The translations under genes and the position numbers were made by a program. A stretch of DNA of 64,000 bases, taken from Azolla caroliniana (taxonomy: Eukaryota; Plantae; Polypodiophyta). Positions 48,401 to 61,000 of this stretch are shown piece after piece. The notes beneath the pieces are model-generated. The model was not told the DNA's origin. It saw only the letters and a list, made by a program, of their open reading frames with translations, and searched no databases. Where the stretch lies: NCBI GenBank assembly GCA_043228905.1, contig JBHGNT010000008.1, forward strand, positions 22,382,001-22,446,000. The letters run 5' to 3'. The first letter of the stretch is position 1, and each line of letters opens with the position of its first letter.

Positions 48401-51289
48401 ATTAAAATGTTCATACCTGGCTCGTGTGATATCGGATTTTTGTGTTCAAAGATGCGAATCGAAGCTAACAATGCTACCTATGATATGGAATTAAAAAATC
48501 AAGATTTTGAAACTTAGGTCGATAGACATGAAGAAATTACCAAATTTGAGGAGGGAGTTGAGAAGAGCGCGTGAGTAAATTAAAATGTTCATACCTGGCC
48601 CATGTGATATGCGATTTTAGTGTTCAAACATGCGAATCGAAGCTAACAACAGTAGCAATGATATGGAATTAAAAAATCAAGATTTTGAAACTCAGGGCCA
48701 TAGACATGAAGAAATTAGTAAATCAGAGGAGGGAGTTGAGAAGAGCTCGTGAGTAAATTAAAATGTTCATACCTGGCTCCTGTGATCCCGGATTATTGTG
48801 TTCAAAGATTCGAATCGAAGCTAACAAAGTAGCTATGATATAGAATTAAAAAATCAACATTTTGAAATTCAGGTCGAGAGACATGAAGAAATTAGTAAAT
48901 TAGAGGAGGGAGTGGAGAAGAGCTCGTGAGTAAATTACAATGTTCATACCTTGCTCGTTGGATATCGGATTTTTGTGTTCAGAGATGCGAATCGAAGCTA
49001 ACAACACCAGCTATGATATGGAACTAAAAAATCAAGAGTTTGAAACTCAGGTCGACAGATATGAAGAAATTACCAAATTGAAGGAGGGAGTTGAGAAGAG
49101 CGTGTAAGTAAATTAAAATGTTCATACCTGGCCCATCTGATATGCGATTTTAGTGTTCCAATATGCGAATCGAAGCTAACAACAGTAGCTATGATATAGT
49201 ATTAAAAAATCAAGATTTTGAAACTCTGGTCGAGAGACATGAAGAAATTAGTAAATTAGAGGAGGGAGTTGAGAAGAGCTGGTGAGTAAATTAAAATGTT
49301 CATACCTGGCTCGTGTGATATCGGATTTTTTTGTTCAAAGACGCGAATCGAAGCTAATAACAGTAGCTATGATATGGAATTAAAAAATCAAGATTTTGAA
49401 ACTCAGGTCGATAGACATGAAGAAATTACCAAATTTGAGGAGGGAGTTGAGAAGAGCTCGTGAGTAAATTAAAATGTTCATAACTGGCCCATGTGCTATG
49501 CAATTTTAGTGTTCAAACATGCGAATCGAAGCGAACAACAGTAGCAATGGTATGGAATTAAAGAATCAAGATATGACGAAATTAGCAAACTTGAGGAGGG
49601 AGTTGAGAGGAGCCCTTGAGTAAATGAAAATGTTCATACGTGGCTCGTGTGATATCGGATTTTAGTGTTCAAACATGCGAATGGAAGCTAACAAGGCTAG
49701 CTATGATATGGAATTAAGAAAATCAAGATTTTGAAACTCAGCTTGAGAGACATGAAGAAATTCGCGAATTAGAAGAAGGAATTGAGAAGAGCCCGAGAGT
49801 AAATTAAAATTTTCATACGTGTCCCTTGTGATAGCGGGTTTTAGTGTTCAAACATGCGAATCGAAGCTAACAAGGCTAGCTATGATATGAAATTAAAAAA
49901 TCAAGATTTTGAAACTCAGGTCGAGAGACATGATGAAATTACCAAATTTGAGGAGGGAGTTGAGAAGAGCGCGTGAGTAAATGAAAATGTTCATACCTGG
50001 CTCGAGTGATATCGGATTTTTGTGTTCAAACATGCAAATCGAAGTTAACAAGGCTAGCTATGATATGGAATTAAAAAATCAACATTTTGAAACTCAGGTC
50101 GAGAGACATGACGAAATTACCAAATTAGAGGAGGGAGTTGAGAAGAGAGCGTGAGTAAATTAAAATGTTCATACCTGGTTCGAGTGATATCGGATTTATG
50201 TGTTCAAACATGCAAATCGAAGCTAATAACGGTAGCCATGATATGGAATTAAAAAATCAAGATTTTGAGACTCAGTGCGAGAGACATGACGAAATTACCA
50301 AATTTAAGGAGGGAGTTGCGAAGAGCGCGTGAGTAAATTAAAATGTTCATAATTTGCTCGTGTGATATCGGATTTTTGTGTTCAAACATGCGAATCGAAG
50401 CTAACAAGGCTAGCTATGATATGGAACTAAAAAATCAAGATTTTTAAACTCAGGTTGAGAGACATGATGAAATTAGCAAACTTGAGGAGGGAGTTGAGAG
50501 GGGCCCTTGAGTAAATGAAAATGTTCATACCTGGCTCGAGTGATATCAACGCTAGCTATGATATGGAATTAAAACATCAACATTTTGAAACTCAGGTCGA
50601 GAGAAATGACGAAATTAGCAACCTTGACAAGGGAGTTGAGAGCAGCCCTTGAGCAAATTAAAATGTTCATACCTGGCTCGTGTGATATCGGATTTTTGTG
50701 TTCAAACATGCCAATCGAAGCCAACAACGCTACCTATGATATGGAATTAAATAATCAAGATTTTGAAACTCAGGTAGACAGACATGAAGAAATTACCAAA
50801 TTTGAGGAGGGAGTTGAGAAGAGCGCGTGAGTAAATTAAAATGTTCATACCTGGCCCATGTGATATGCGATTTTAGTGTTCAAACGAGCGAATCGAAGCT
50901 AACAATTATAGCAATGATATGGAATCAAAAAATCAAGATTTTGAAACTCAGGTCGATAGACATGAAGAAATTAGTAAATTAGAGGAGGGAGTGGAGAAGA
51001 GGTCGTGAGTAAATTAAAATGTTCATACTTGGCTCCTGCGATCCCGGATGAAGAAATTAGTAAATTAGAGGAGGGAGTGGAGAAGAGCTCGTGAGTAAAT
51101 TAAAATGTTCATACCTGGCTCGTCTGATATCGGCTTTTTGTGTTCAAAGTTGCGAATCGAAGCTAACAACACTAGCTATGATATGGAATTAAAAAATCAA
51201 GATTTTTAAACCCAGGTCGACAGACATAAAGAAATTCGTGAATTAGAAGAGGGAGTTGAGAAGAGCCTGAGAGTAAATTTAAATGTTCA

Positions 51290-51931
51290 TGTCGTAATTC
51301 CGTGCTCGGCCACAACCGAGGAACAGGATCGATTCACAGAAAACGGGAAATACAACAATGCACGAAAAACAATAGAGAGAAGGGCACACTGGATGTTTTA
51401 CGTGGAAAACCCTAAATGGGAAAAACCACGGGAGTGCAAGACTCCAACTATCACTATACGCGGGAATGTACAATGGCGAGCTGCAAGGCGACGACCTTGA
51501 GCTCGCTGTCCTCGCCACAGGCGGCGGTATTACACAGAGGCGTCGACCTCTTCCTTCCTCCTTCTCTCTCACACTCTCTCGGCTGCTCTCACTTCGCTCC
51601 CTCTTCGTGGAAAACAGAAAATGAGCAACAACAACAAACTGTTTTACCCTAAGTCATATTTATACACATATGACTTTCGGGCTATTTACAAATATAGCCT
51701 CAAGGGCTCTTGGCAAACATATTCACAAATATGTCCCCGCATCCGGATCTCTCTCCGGGTACATTCGTCATCCGGCTCCGTAACCGGGATCTTCATCATC
51801 CGGATCCGGATCCGGGTACTCTTCATCCGGCTTCATGCCGGGTACTCTTCATCATCCGGTTCCGTAACCGCAACCGGGCTTGCCGTCATTCATCTCCGGA
51901 CATCCCATCCGGAGGGACCGAAATCCCAACA
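51290..51931 (-). mobile_element. Solo LTR (642 bp), same family as 25364-26229
   Basis: 5-bp TSD GTTCA at 51285-51289 and 51932-51936. The minus strand starts TGTTGGGATTTCGGTCCCTCCGGA (compare TGTTGGGAGACAGGTCCCTTCGGA) and shares CCGGATGA repeats, ATATGACTTAGGG, GTGGTTTTT and CGGTTGTGGCCGAGC. Ends CGACA. Confidence 0.9.
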
Positions 51932-52099
51932 GTTCATACCTGGCTCCTGTGATCCCGGATGAAGAAATTAGTAAATTAGAGGAGGGAGTGGAGAAGAGCT
52001 CGTGAGTAGATTAAAATGTTTATACCTAGCTCGTGTGATATCGGATTTTTTTGTTCAAAGATGCGAATCGAAGCTAACAACACTAGCTATGATATGGAA

Positions 52100-55000
52100 T
52101 TAAAAAATCAAGATTTTGAAACTCAGGTCGAGAGACATGACGAAAATAGCAAACTTGAGGAGGGAGTTGAGAGGAGCCCTTGAGTAAATTAAAATGTTCA
52201 TACCTGGGTCGTGTGATATCGGATTTTTGTGTTCAAATATCCAAATCGAAGCCAACAACGCGAGCTATGATATGGAATTAAAAAATAAAGATTTTAAAAC
52301 TCTGGTCGAGAGACATGACGAAATTACCAAATTTGAGAAGTGAGTTGAGAACAGCCCTTGAGTAAATTAAAATGTTCATACCTGGCTCGTGTGATATCGG
52401 ATTTTTGTGTTCAAACATGCAAATCGAACCTAACAACGCTAGCTATGATATGGAATTAAAAAATCAAGATTTTGAAACTCAGGTCGAGAGACATGACGAA
52501 ATTACCAAATTTGAGGAGTGAGTTGAGAACAGTCCTTGAGTAAATTAAAATGTTCATACCTGGCTCGTGTGATATCGGATTTTTGTGTTCAAACATGCAA
52601 ATCGAAGCCAACAACGCTAGCTATGATATGAAATTAAAAAATCAAGAATTTGAGACTCAGGTCGAGAGACATGACGAAAATAGCAAATTTGAGGAGTGAG
52701 GTGAGAAGAGCTAGTAGGTATATTAAAATGTTCATACCTGGCTCGTGTGATATCAGATTTTTGTGTTCAAACATGCAAATCGAAGCTAACAACGCTAGCT
52801 ATGATATGGAATTAAAAAATCAAGATTTTAAAACTCAGGTCGAGAGACATGACGAAAATAGCAAACTTGAGGAGGGAGTTGAGAGGAGCCCTTGAGTAAA
52901 TTAAAATGTTCATACCTGGGTCGTGTGATATCGGATTTTTGTGTTCAAACATGCAAATCGAAGCTAACAACGCTAGCTATGATATGGAATTAAAAAATCA
53001 AGAATTTCAAACTCAGGTCGAGAGACATGACGAAAATAGCAAACTTGAGGAGGGAGTTGAGAGGAGCCCTTAAGTAATTAAAATGTTCATACCTGGCTCG
53101 TGTGATATCGGATTTTTGTGTTCAAACATGCGAATCGAAGCCAACTACGTGAGGTATGATATGGAATTAAAAAATCAAGATTTTGAAACTCAGGTCGAGA
53201 GACATGACGAAAATAGCAAACTTGAGGAGGGAGTTGAGAGGAGCCCTTGAGTAAATTAAAATGTTCATACCTGGCTCGTGTGATATCGGATTTTTGTGTT
53301 CAAACATGGAAATCGAAGCTTGAAACGCTAGCTATGATATGGACTTAAAAAATCAAGATTTTGAAACTCAGGTCGAGAGACATGACGAAAATAGCAAACT
53401 TGAGGAGGGAGTTGAGAGGAGCCCTTGAGTAGATTAAAATGTTCATACCTGGGTCGTGTGATATCGGATTTTTGTGTTCAAACATGCAAATCGAAGCTAA
53501 CAACGCTAGCTATGATATGGAATTAAAAAATCAAGATTTTGAAACTCAGGTCGAGAGACATGACGAAAATAGCAAACTTGAGGAGGGAGTTGAGAGGAGC
53601 CCTTGAGTAGATTAAAATGTTCATACCTGGGTCGTGTGATATCGGATTTTTGTGTTCGAACATGCAAATCGAAGCTAACAACGCGAGCTATGATATGGAA
53701 TTAAAAAATCAAGAATTTCAAACTCAGGTCGAGAGACATGACGAAAATAGCAAACTTGAGGAGGGAGTTGAGAGGAGCCCTTGAGTAAATTAAAATGTTC
53801 ATACCTGGCTCGTGTGATATCGGATTTTTGTGTTCAAACATGCGAATCGAAGCCAACAACGCGAGCTATGATATGGAATTAAAAAATCAAGAATTTCAAA
53901 CTCAGGTCGAGAGACATGACGAAAATAGCAAACTTGAGGAGGGAGTTGAGAGGAGCCCTTAAGTAATTAAAATGTTCATACCTGGCTCGTGTGATATCAG
54001 ATTTTTGTGTTCAAACATGCGAATCGAAGCCAACTACGTGAGGTATGATATGGAATTAAAAAATCAAGATTTTGAAACTCAGGTCGAGAGACATGACGAA
54101 AATAGCAAACTTGAGGAGGGAGTTGAGAGGAGCCCTTGAGTAACTTAAAATGTTCATACCTGGCTCGTGTGATATCGGATTTTTGTGTTCAAACATGGAA
54201 ATCGAAGCTTGAAACGCTAGCTATGATATGGACTTAAAAAATCAAGATTTTGAAACTCAGGTCGAGAGACATGACGAAAATAGCAAACTTGAGGAGGGAG
54301 TTGAGAGGAGCCCTTGAGTAGATTAAAATGTTCATACCTGGGTCGTGTGATATCGGATTTTTGTGTTCAAACATGCAAATCGAAGCTAACAACGCTAGCT
54401 ATGATATGGAATTAAAAAATCAAGATTTTGAAACTCAGGTCGAGAGACATGACGAAAATAGCAAACTTGAGGAGGGAGTTGAGAGGAGCCCTTGAGTAGA
54501 TTAAAATGTTCATACCTGGGTCGTGTGATATCGGATTTTTGTGTTCAAACATGCAAATCGAAGCTAACAACGCGAGCTATGATATGGAATTAAAAAATCA
54601 AGAATTTCAAACTCAGGTCGAGAGACATGACGAAAATAGCAAACTTGAGGAGGGAGTTGAGAGGAGCCCTTGAGTAAATTAAAATGTTCATACCTGGCTC
54701 GTGTGATATCGGATTTTTGTGTTCAAACATGCGAATCGAAGCCAACAACGCGAGCTATGATATGGAATTAAAAAATCAAGATTTTGAAACTCAGGTCGAG
54801 AGACATGACGAAAATAGCAAACTTGAGGAGGGAGTTGAGAGGAGCCCTTGAGTAAATTAAAATGTTCATACCTGGCTCGTGTGATATCGGATTTTTGTGT
54901 TCAAACATGCAAATGGAAGACAACAACGCTAGCTATGATATGGAATTAAAAAATAAAGATTTTGAAACTCAGGTCGAGATACATGACGAAATTACCAAAT

Positions 55001-58000
55001 TTGAGGAGTGAGTTGAGAACAACCCTTGAGTAAATTAAAATGTTCATACCTGGCTCGTGTGATATTGGATTTTTGTGTTCAAACATGCAAATCGAAGCTA
55101 ACAACGCTTGCTATGATATGGAATTAAAAAATCAAGATTTTGAAACTCAGGTCGAGAGACATGACGAAAATAGCAAACTTGAGGAGGGAGTTGAGAGGAG
55201 CCCTTGAGTAAATTAAAATGTTCATACCTGGCTCGTGTGATATCCGATTTTTGTGTTCAAACATGCGAATCGAACCCAACTACGGGAGGTATGATATGGA
55301 ATTAAAAAATCAAGAATTTGAAACTCAGGTCGAGAGACATGACGAAAATAGCAAACTTGAGGAGGGAGTTGAGAGGAGCCCTTGAGTAAATTAAAATGTT
55401 CATACCTGGCTCGTGTGATATCGGATTTTTGTGTTCAAACATGCGAATCGAAGCCAACAACGCGAGCTATGATATGGAATTAAAAAATCAAGATTTTGAA
55501 ACTCAGGTCGAGAGACATGACGAAAATAGCAAACTTGAGGAGGGAGTTGAGAGGAGCCCTTGAGTAAATTAAAATGTTCATACCTGGCTCGTGTGATATC
55601 GGATTTTTGTGTTCAAACATGCAAATCGAACCTAACAACGCTAGCTATGATATGGAATTAAAAAATCAAGATTTTGAAACTCAGGTCGAGAGACATGACG
55701 AAATTACCAAATTTGAGGAGTGAGTTGAGAACAGTCCTTGAGTAAATTAAAATGTTCATACCTGGCTCGTGTGATATCGGATTTTTGTGTTCAAACATGC
55801 AAATCGAAGCCAACAACGCTAGCTATGATATGAAATTAAAAAATCAAGAATTTGAGACTCAGGTCGAGAGACATGACGAAAATAGCAAATTTGAGGAGTG
55901 AGGTGACAAGAGCTAGTAGGTATATTAAAATGTTCATACCTGGCTCGTGTGATATTGGATTTTTGTGTTCAAACATGCGAATCGAAGCTAACAACGCTTG
56001 CTATGATATGGAATTAAAAAATCAAGATTTTGAAACTCAGGTCGAGAGACATGACGAAAATAGCAAACTTGAGGAGGGAGTTGAGAGGAGCCCTTCAGTA
56101 AATTAAAATGTTCATATCTGGCTCGTGTGATATCGGATTTTTGTGTTCAAACATGCGAATCGAAGCCAACAACGCGAGCTATGATATGGAATTAAAAAAT
56201 CAAGAATTTCAAACTCAGGTCGAGAGACATGACGAAAATAGCAAACTTGAGGAGGGAGTTGAGAGGAGCCCTTAAGTAATTAAAATGTTCATACCTGGCT
56301 CATGTGATATCGGATTTTTGTGTTCAAACATGCGAATCGAAGCCAACTACGTGAGGTATGATATGGAATTAAAAAATCAAGATTTTGAAACTCAGGTCGA
56401 GAGACATGACGAAAATAGCAAACTTGAGGAGGGAGTTGAGAGGAGCCCTTCAGTAAATTAAAATGTTCATACCTGGCTCGTGTGATATCGGATTTTTGTG
56501 TTCAAACATGGAAATCGAAGCTTGAAACGCTAGCTATGATATGGACTTAAAAAATCAAGATTTTGAAACTCAGGTCGAGAGACATGACGAAAATAGCAAA
56601 CTTGAGGAGGGAGTTGAGAGGAGCCCTTGAGTAGATTAAAATGTTCATACCTGGCTCGTGTGATATCGGATTTTTGTGTTCAAACATGCAAATCGAAGCT
56701 AACAACGCTAGCTATGATATGGAATTAAAAAATCAAGATTTTGAAACTCAGGTCGAGAGACATGACGAAATTACCAAATTTGAGGAGTGAGTTGAGAACA
56801 GGCCTTGAGTAAATTAAAATGTTCATACCTGGGTCGTGTGATATCGGATTTTTGTGTTCAAACATGCAAATCGAAGCCAACAACGCTAGCTATGATATGA
56901 AATTAAAAAATCAAGAATTTGAGACTCAGGTCGAGAGACATGACGAAAATAGCAAATTTGAGGAGTGAGGTGAGAAGAGCTAGTAGGTATATTAAAATGT
57001 TCATACCTGGCTCGTGTGATATCAGATTTTTGTGTTCAAACATGCAAATCGAAGCTAACAACGCTAGCTATGATATGGAATTAAAAAATCAAGATTTTAA
57101 AACTCAGGTCGAGAGACATGACGAAAATAGCAAACTTGAGGAGGGAGTTGAGAGGAGCCCTTGAGTAAATTAAAATGTTCATACCTGGGTCGTGTGATAT
57201 CGGATTTTTGTGTTCAAACATGCAAATCGAAGCTAACAACGCTAGCTATGATATGGAATTAAAAAATCAAGAATTTCAAACTCAGGTCGAGAGACATGAC
57301 GAAAATAGCAAACTTGAGGAGGGAGTTGAGAGGAGCCCTTAAGTAATTAAAATGTTCATACCTGGCTCGTGTGATATCGGATTTTTGTGTTCAAACATGC
57401 GAATCGAAGCCAACTACGTGAGGTATGATATGGAATTAAAAAATCAAGATTTTGAAACTCAGGTCGAGAGACATGACGAAAATAGCAAACTTGAGGAGGG
57501 AGTTGAGAGGAGCCCTTGAGTAAATTAAAATGTTCATACCTGGCTCGTGTGATATCGGATTTTTGTGTTCAAACATGGAAATCGAAGCTTGAAACGCTAG
57601 CTATGATATGGACTTAAAAAATCAAGATTTTGAAACTCAGGTCGAGAGACATGACGAAAATAGCAAACTTGAGGAGGGAGTTGAGAGGAGCCCTTGAGTA
57701 GATTAAAATGTTCATACCTGGGTCGTGTGATATCGGATTTTTGTGTTCAAACATGCAAATCGAAGCTAACAACGCTAGCTATGATATGGAATTAAAAAAT
57801 CAAGATTTTGAAACTCAGGTCGAGAGACATGACGAAAATAGCAAACTTGAGGAGGGAGTTGAGAGGAGCCCTTGAGTAGATTAAAATGTTCATACCTGGG
57901 TCGTGTGATATCGGATTTTTGTGTTCAAACATGCAAATCGAAGCTAACAACGCGAGCTATGATATGGAATTAAAAAATCAAGAATTTCAAACTCAGGTCG

Positions 58001-61000
58001 AGGGACATGACGAAAATAGAAAACTTGAGGAGGGAGTTGAGAGGAGCCCTTGAGTAAATTAAAATGTTCATACCTGGCTCGTGTGATATCGGATTTTTGT
58101 GTTCAAACATGCGAATCGAAGCCAACAACGCGAGCTATGATATGGAATTAAAAAATCAAGATTTTGAAACTCAGGTCGATAGACATGACGAAAATAGCAA
58201 ACTTGAGGAGGGAGTTGAGAGGAGCCCTTGAGTAAATTAAAATGTTCATACCTGGCTCGTGTGATATCGGATTTTTGTGTTCAAACATGCAAATGGAAGC
58301 CAACAACGCTAGCTATGATATGGAATTAAAAAATAAAGATTTTGAAACTCAGGTCGAGATACATGACGAAATTACCGAATTTGAGGAGTGAGTTGAGAAC
58401 AACCCTTGAGTAAATTAAAATGTTCATACCTGGCTCGTGTGATATTGGATTTTTGTGTTCAAACATGCAAATCGAAGCTAACAACGCTTGCTATGATATG
58501 GAATTAAAAAATCAAGATTTTGAAACTCAGGTCGAGAGACATGACGAAAATAGCAAACTTGAGGAGGGAGTTGAGAGGAGCCCCTCAGTAAATTAAAATG
58601 TTCATATCTGGCTCGTGTGATATCGGATTTTTGTGTTCAAACATGCAAATCGAAGCCAACAACGCGAGCTATGATATGGAATTAAAAAATCAAGATTTTG
58701 AAACTCAGATCGAGAGACATGACGAAATTACCAAATTTGAGGAGTGAGTTGAGAACAGCCCTTGAGTAAATTAAAATGTTCATACCTGGCTCGTGTGATA
58801 TCGGATTTTTGTGTTCAAACATGCAAATCGAAGCTTGAAACGCTGGCTATGATATGGAATTAAAAAATCAAGATTTTGAAACTTAGGTCGAGAGATATGA
58901 CGAAAATAGCAAACTTGAGGAGGGAGTTGAGAGGAGCCCTTGAGTAAATTAAAATGTTCATACCTGGGTCGTGTGATATCGGATTTTTGTGTTCAAACAT
59001 GCAAATCGAAGCTAACAACGCTAGCTATGATATGGAATTAAAAAATCAAGAATTTCAAACTCAGGTCGAGAGACATGACGAAAATAGCAAACTTGAGGAG
59101 GGAGTTGAGAGGAGCCCTTAAGTAATTAAAATGTTCATACCTGGCTCGTGTGATATCGGATTTTTGTGTTCAAACATGCGAATCGAAGCCAACTACGTGA
59201 GGTATGATATGGAATTAAAAAATCAAGATTTTGAAACTCAGGTCGAGAGACATGACGAAAATAGCAAACTTGAGGAGGGAGTTGAGAGGAGCCCTTGAGT
59301 AAATTAAAATGTTCATACCTGGCTCGTGTGATATCGGATTTTTGTGTTCAAACATGGAAATCGAAGCTTGAAACGCTAGCTATGATATGGACTTAAAAAA
59401 TCAAGATTTTGAAACTCAGGTCGAGAGACATGACGAAAATAGCAAACTTGAGGAGGGAGTTGAGAGGAGCCCTTGAGTAGATTAAAATGTTCATACCTGG
59501 GTCGTGTGATATCGGATTTTTGTGTTCAAACATGCAAATCGAAGCTAACAACGCTAGCTATGATATGGAATTAAAAAATCAAGAATTTCAAACTCAGGTC
59601 GAGAGACATGACGAAAATAGCAAACTTGAGGAGGGAGTTGAGAGGAGCCCTTGAGTAGATTAAAATGTTCATACCTGGGTCGTGTGATATCGGATTTTTG
59701 TGTTCAAACATGCAAATCGAAGCTAACAACGCGAGCTATGATATGGAATTAAAAAATCAAGAATTTCAAACTCAGGTCGAGGGACATGACGAAAATAGAA
59801 AACTTGAGGAGGGAGTTGAGAGGAGCCCTTGAGTAAATTAAAATGTTCATACCTGGCTCGTGTGATATCGGATTTTTGTGTTCAAACATGCGAATCGAAG
59901 CCAACAACGCGAGCTATGATATGGAATTAAAAAATCAAGATTTTGAAACTCAGGTCGATAGACATGACGAAAATAGCAAACTTGAGGAGGGAGTTGAGAG
60001 GAGCCCTTGAGTAAATTAAAATGTTCATACCTGGCTCGTGTGATATCGGATTTTTGTGTTCAAACATGCAAATGGAAGCCAACAACGCTAGCTATGATAT
60101 GGAATTAAAAAATAAAGATTTTGAAACTCAGGTCGAGATACATGACGAAATTACCGAATTTGAGGAGTGAGTTGAGAACAACCCTTGAGTAAATTAAAAT
60201 GTTCATACCTGGCTCGTGTGATATTGGATTTTTGTGTTCAAACATGCAAATCGAAGCTAACAACGCTTGCTATGATATGGAATTAAAAAATCAAGATTTT
60301 GAAACTCAGGTCGAGAGACATGACGAAAATAGCAAACTTGAGGAGGGAGTTGAGAGGAGCCCCTCAGTAAATTAAAATGTTCATATCTGGCTCGTGTGAT
60401 ATCGGATTTTTGTGTTCAAACATGCAAATCGAAGCCAACAACGCGAGCTATGATATGGAATTAAAAAATCAAGATTTTGAAACTCAGATCGAGAGACATG
60501 ACGAAAATAGCAAACTTGAGGAGGGAGTTGAGAGGAGCCCTTGAGTAAATTAAAATGTTCATACCTGGCTCGTGTGATATCGGATTTTTGTGTTCAAACA
60601 TGCGAATCGAAGCCAACAACGCGAGCTATGATATGGAATTAAAAAATCAAGATTTTGAAACTCAGGTCGAGAGACATGACGAAAATAGCAAACTTGAGGA
60701 GGGAGTTGAGAGGAGCCCTTGAGTAGATTAAAATGTTCATACCTGGGTCGTGTGATATCGGATTTTTGTGTTCAAACATGCAAATCGAAGCTAACAACGC
60801 GAGCTATGATATGGAATTAAAAAATCAAGAATTTCAAACTCAGGTCGAGAGACATGACGAAAATAGCAAACTTGAGGAGGGAGTTGAGAGGAGCCCTTGA
60901 GTAAATTAAAATGTTCATACCTGGCTCGTGTGATATCGGATTTTTGTGTTCAAACATGCGAATCGAAGCCAACAACGCGAGCTATGATATGGAATTAAAA

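Noticed and set aside
17544-51931. Single preferred insertion site within the monomer
   Set aside because: The five interruptions fall at different monomer positions (after TTTTTGT, GAATCG, CTAGCTA, AAAGCG and TGTTCA).
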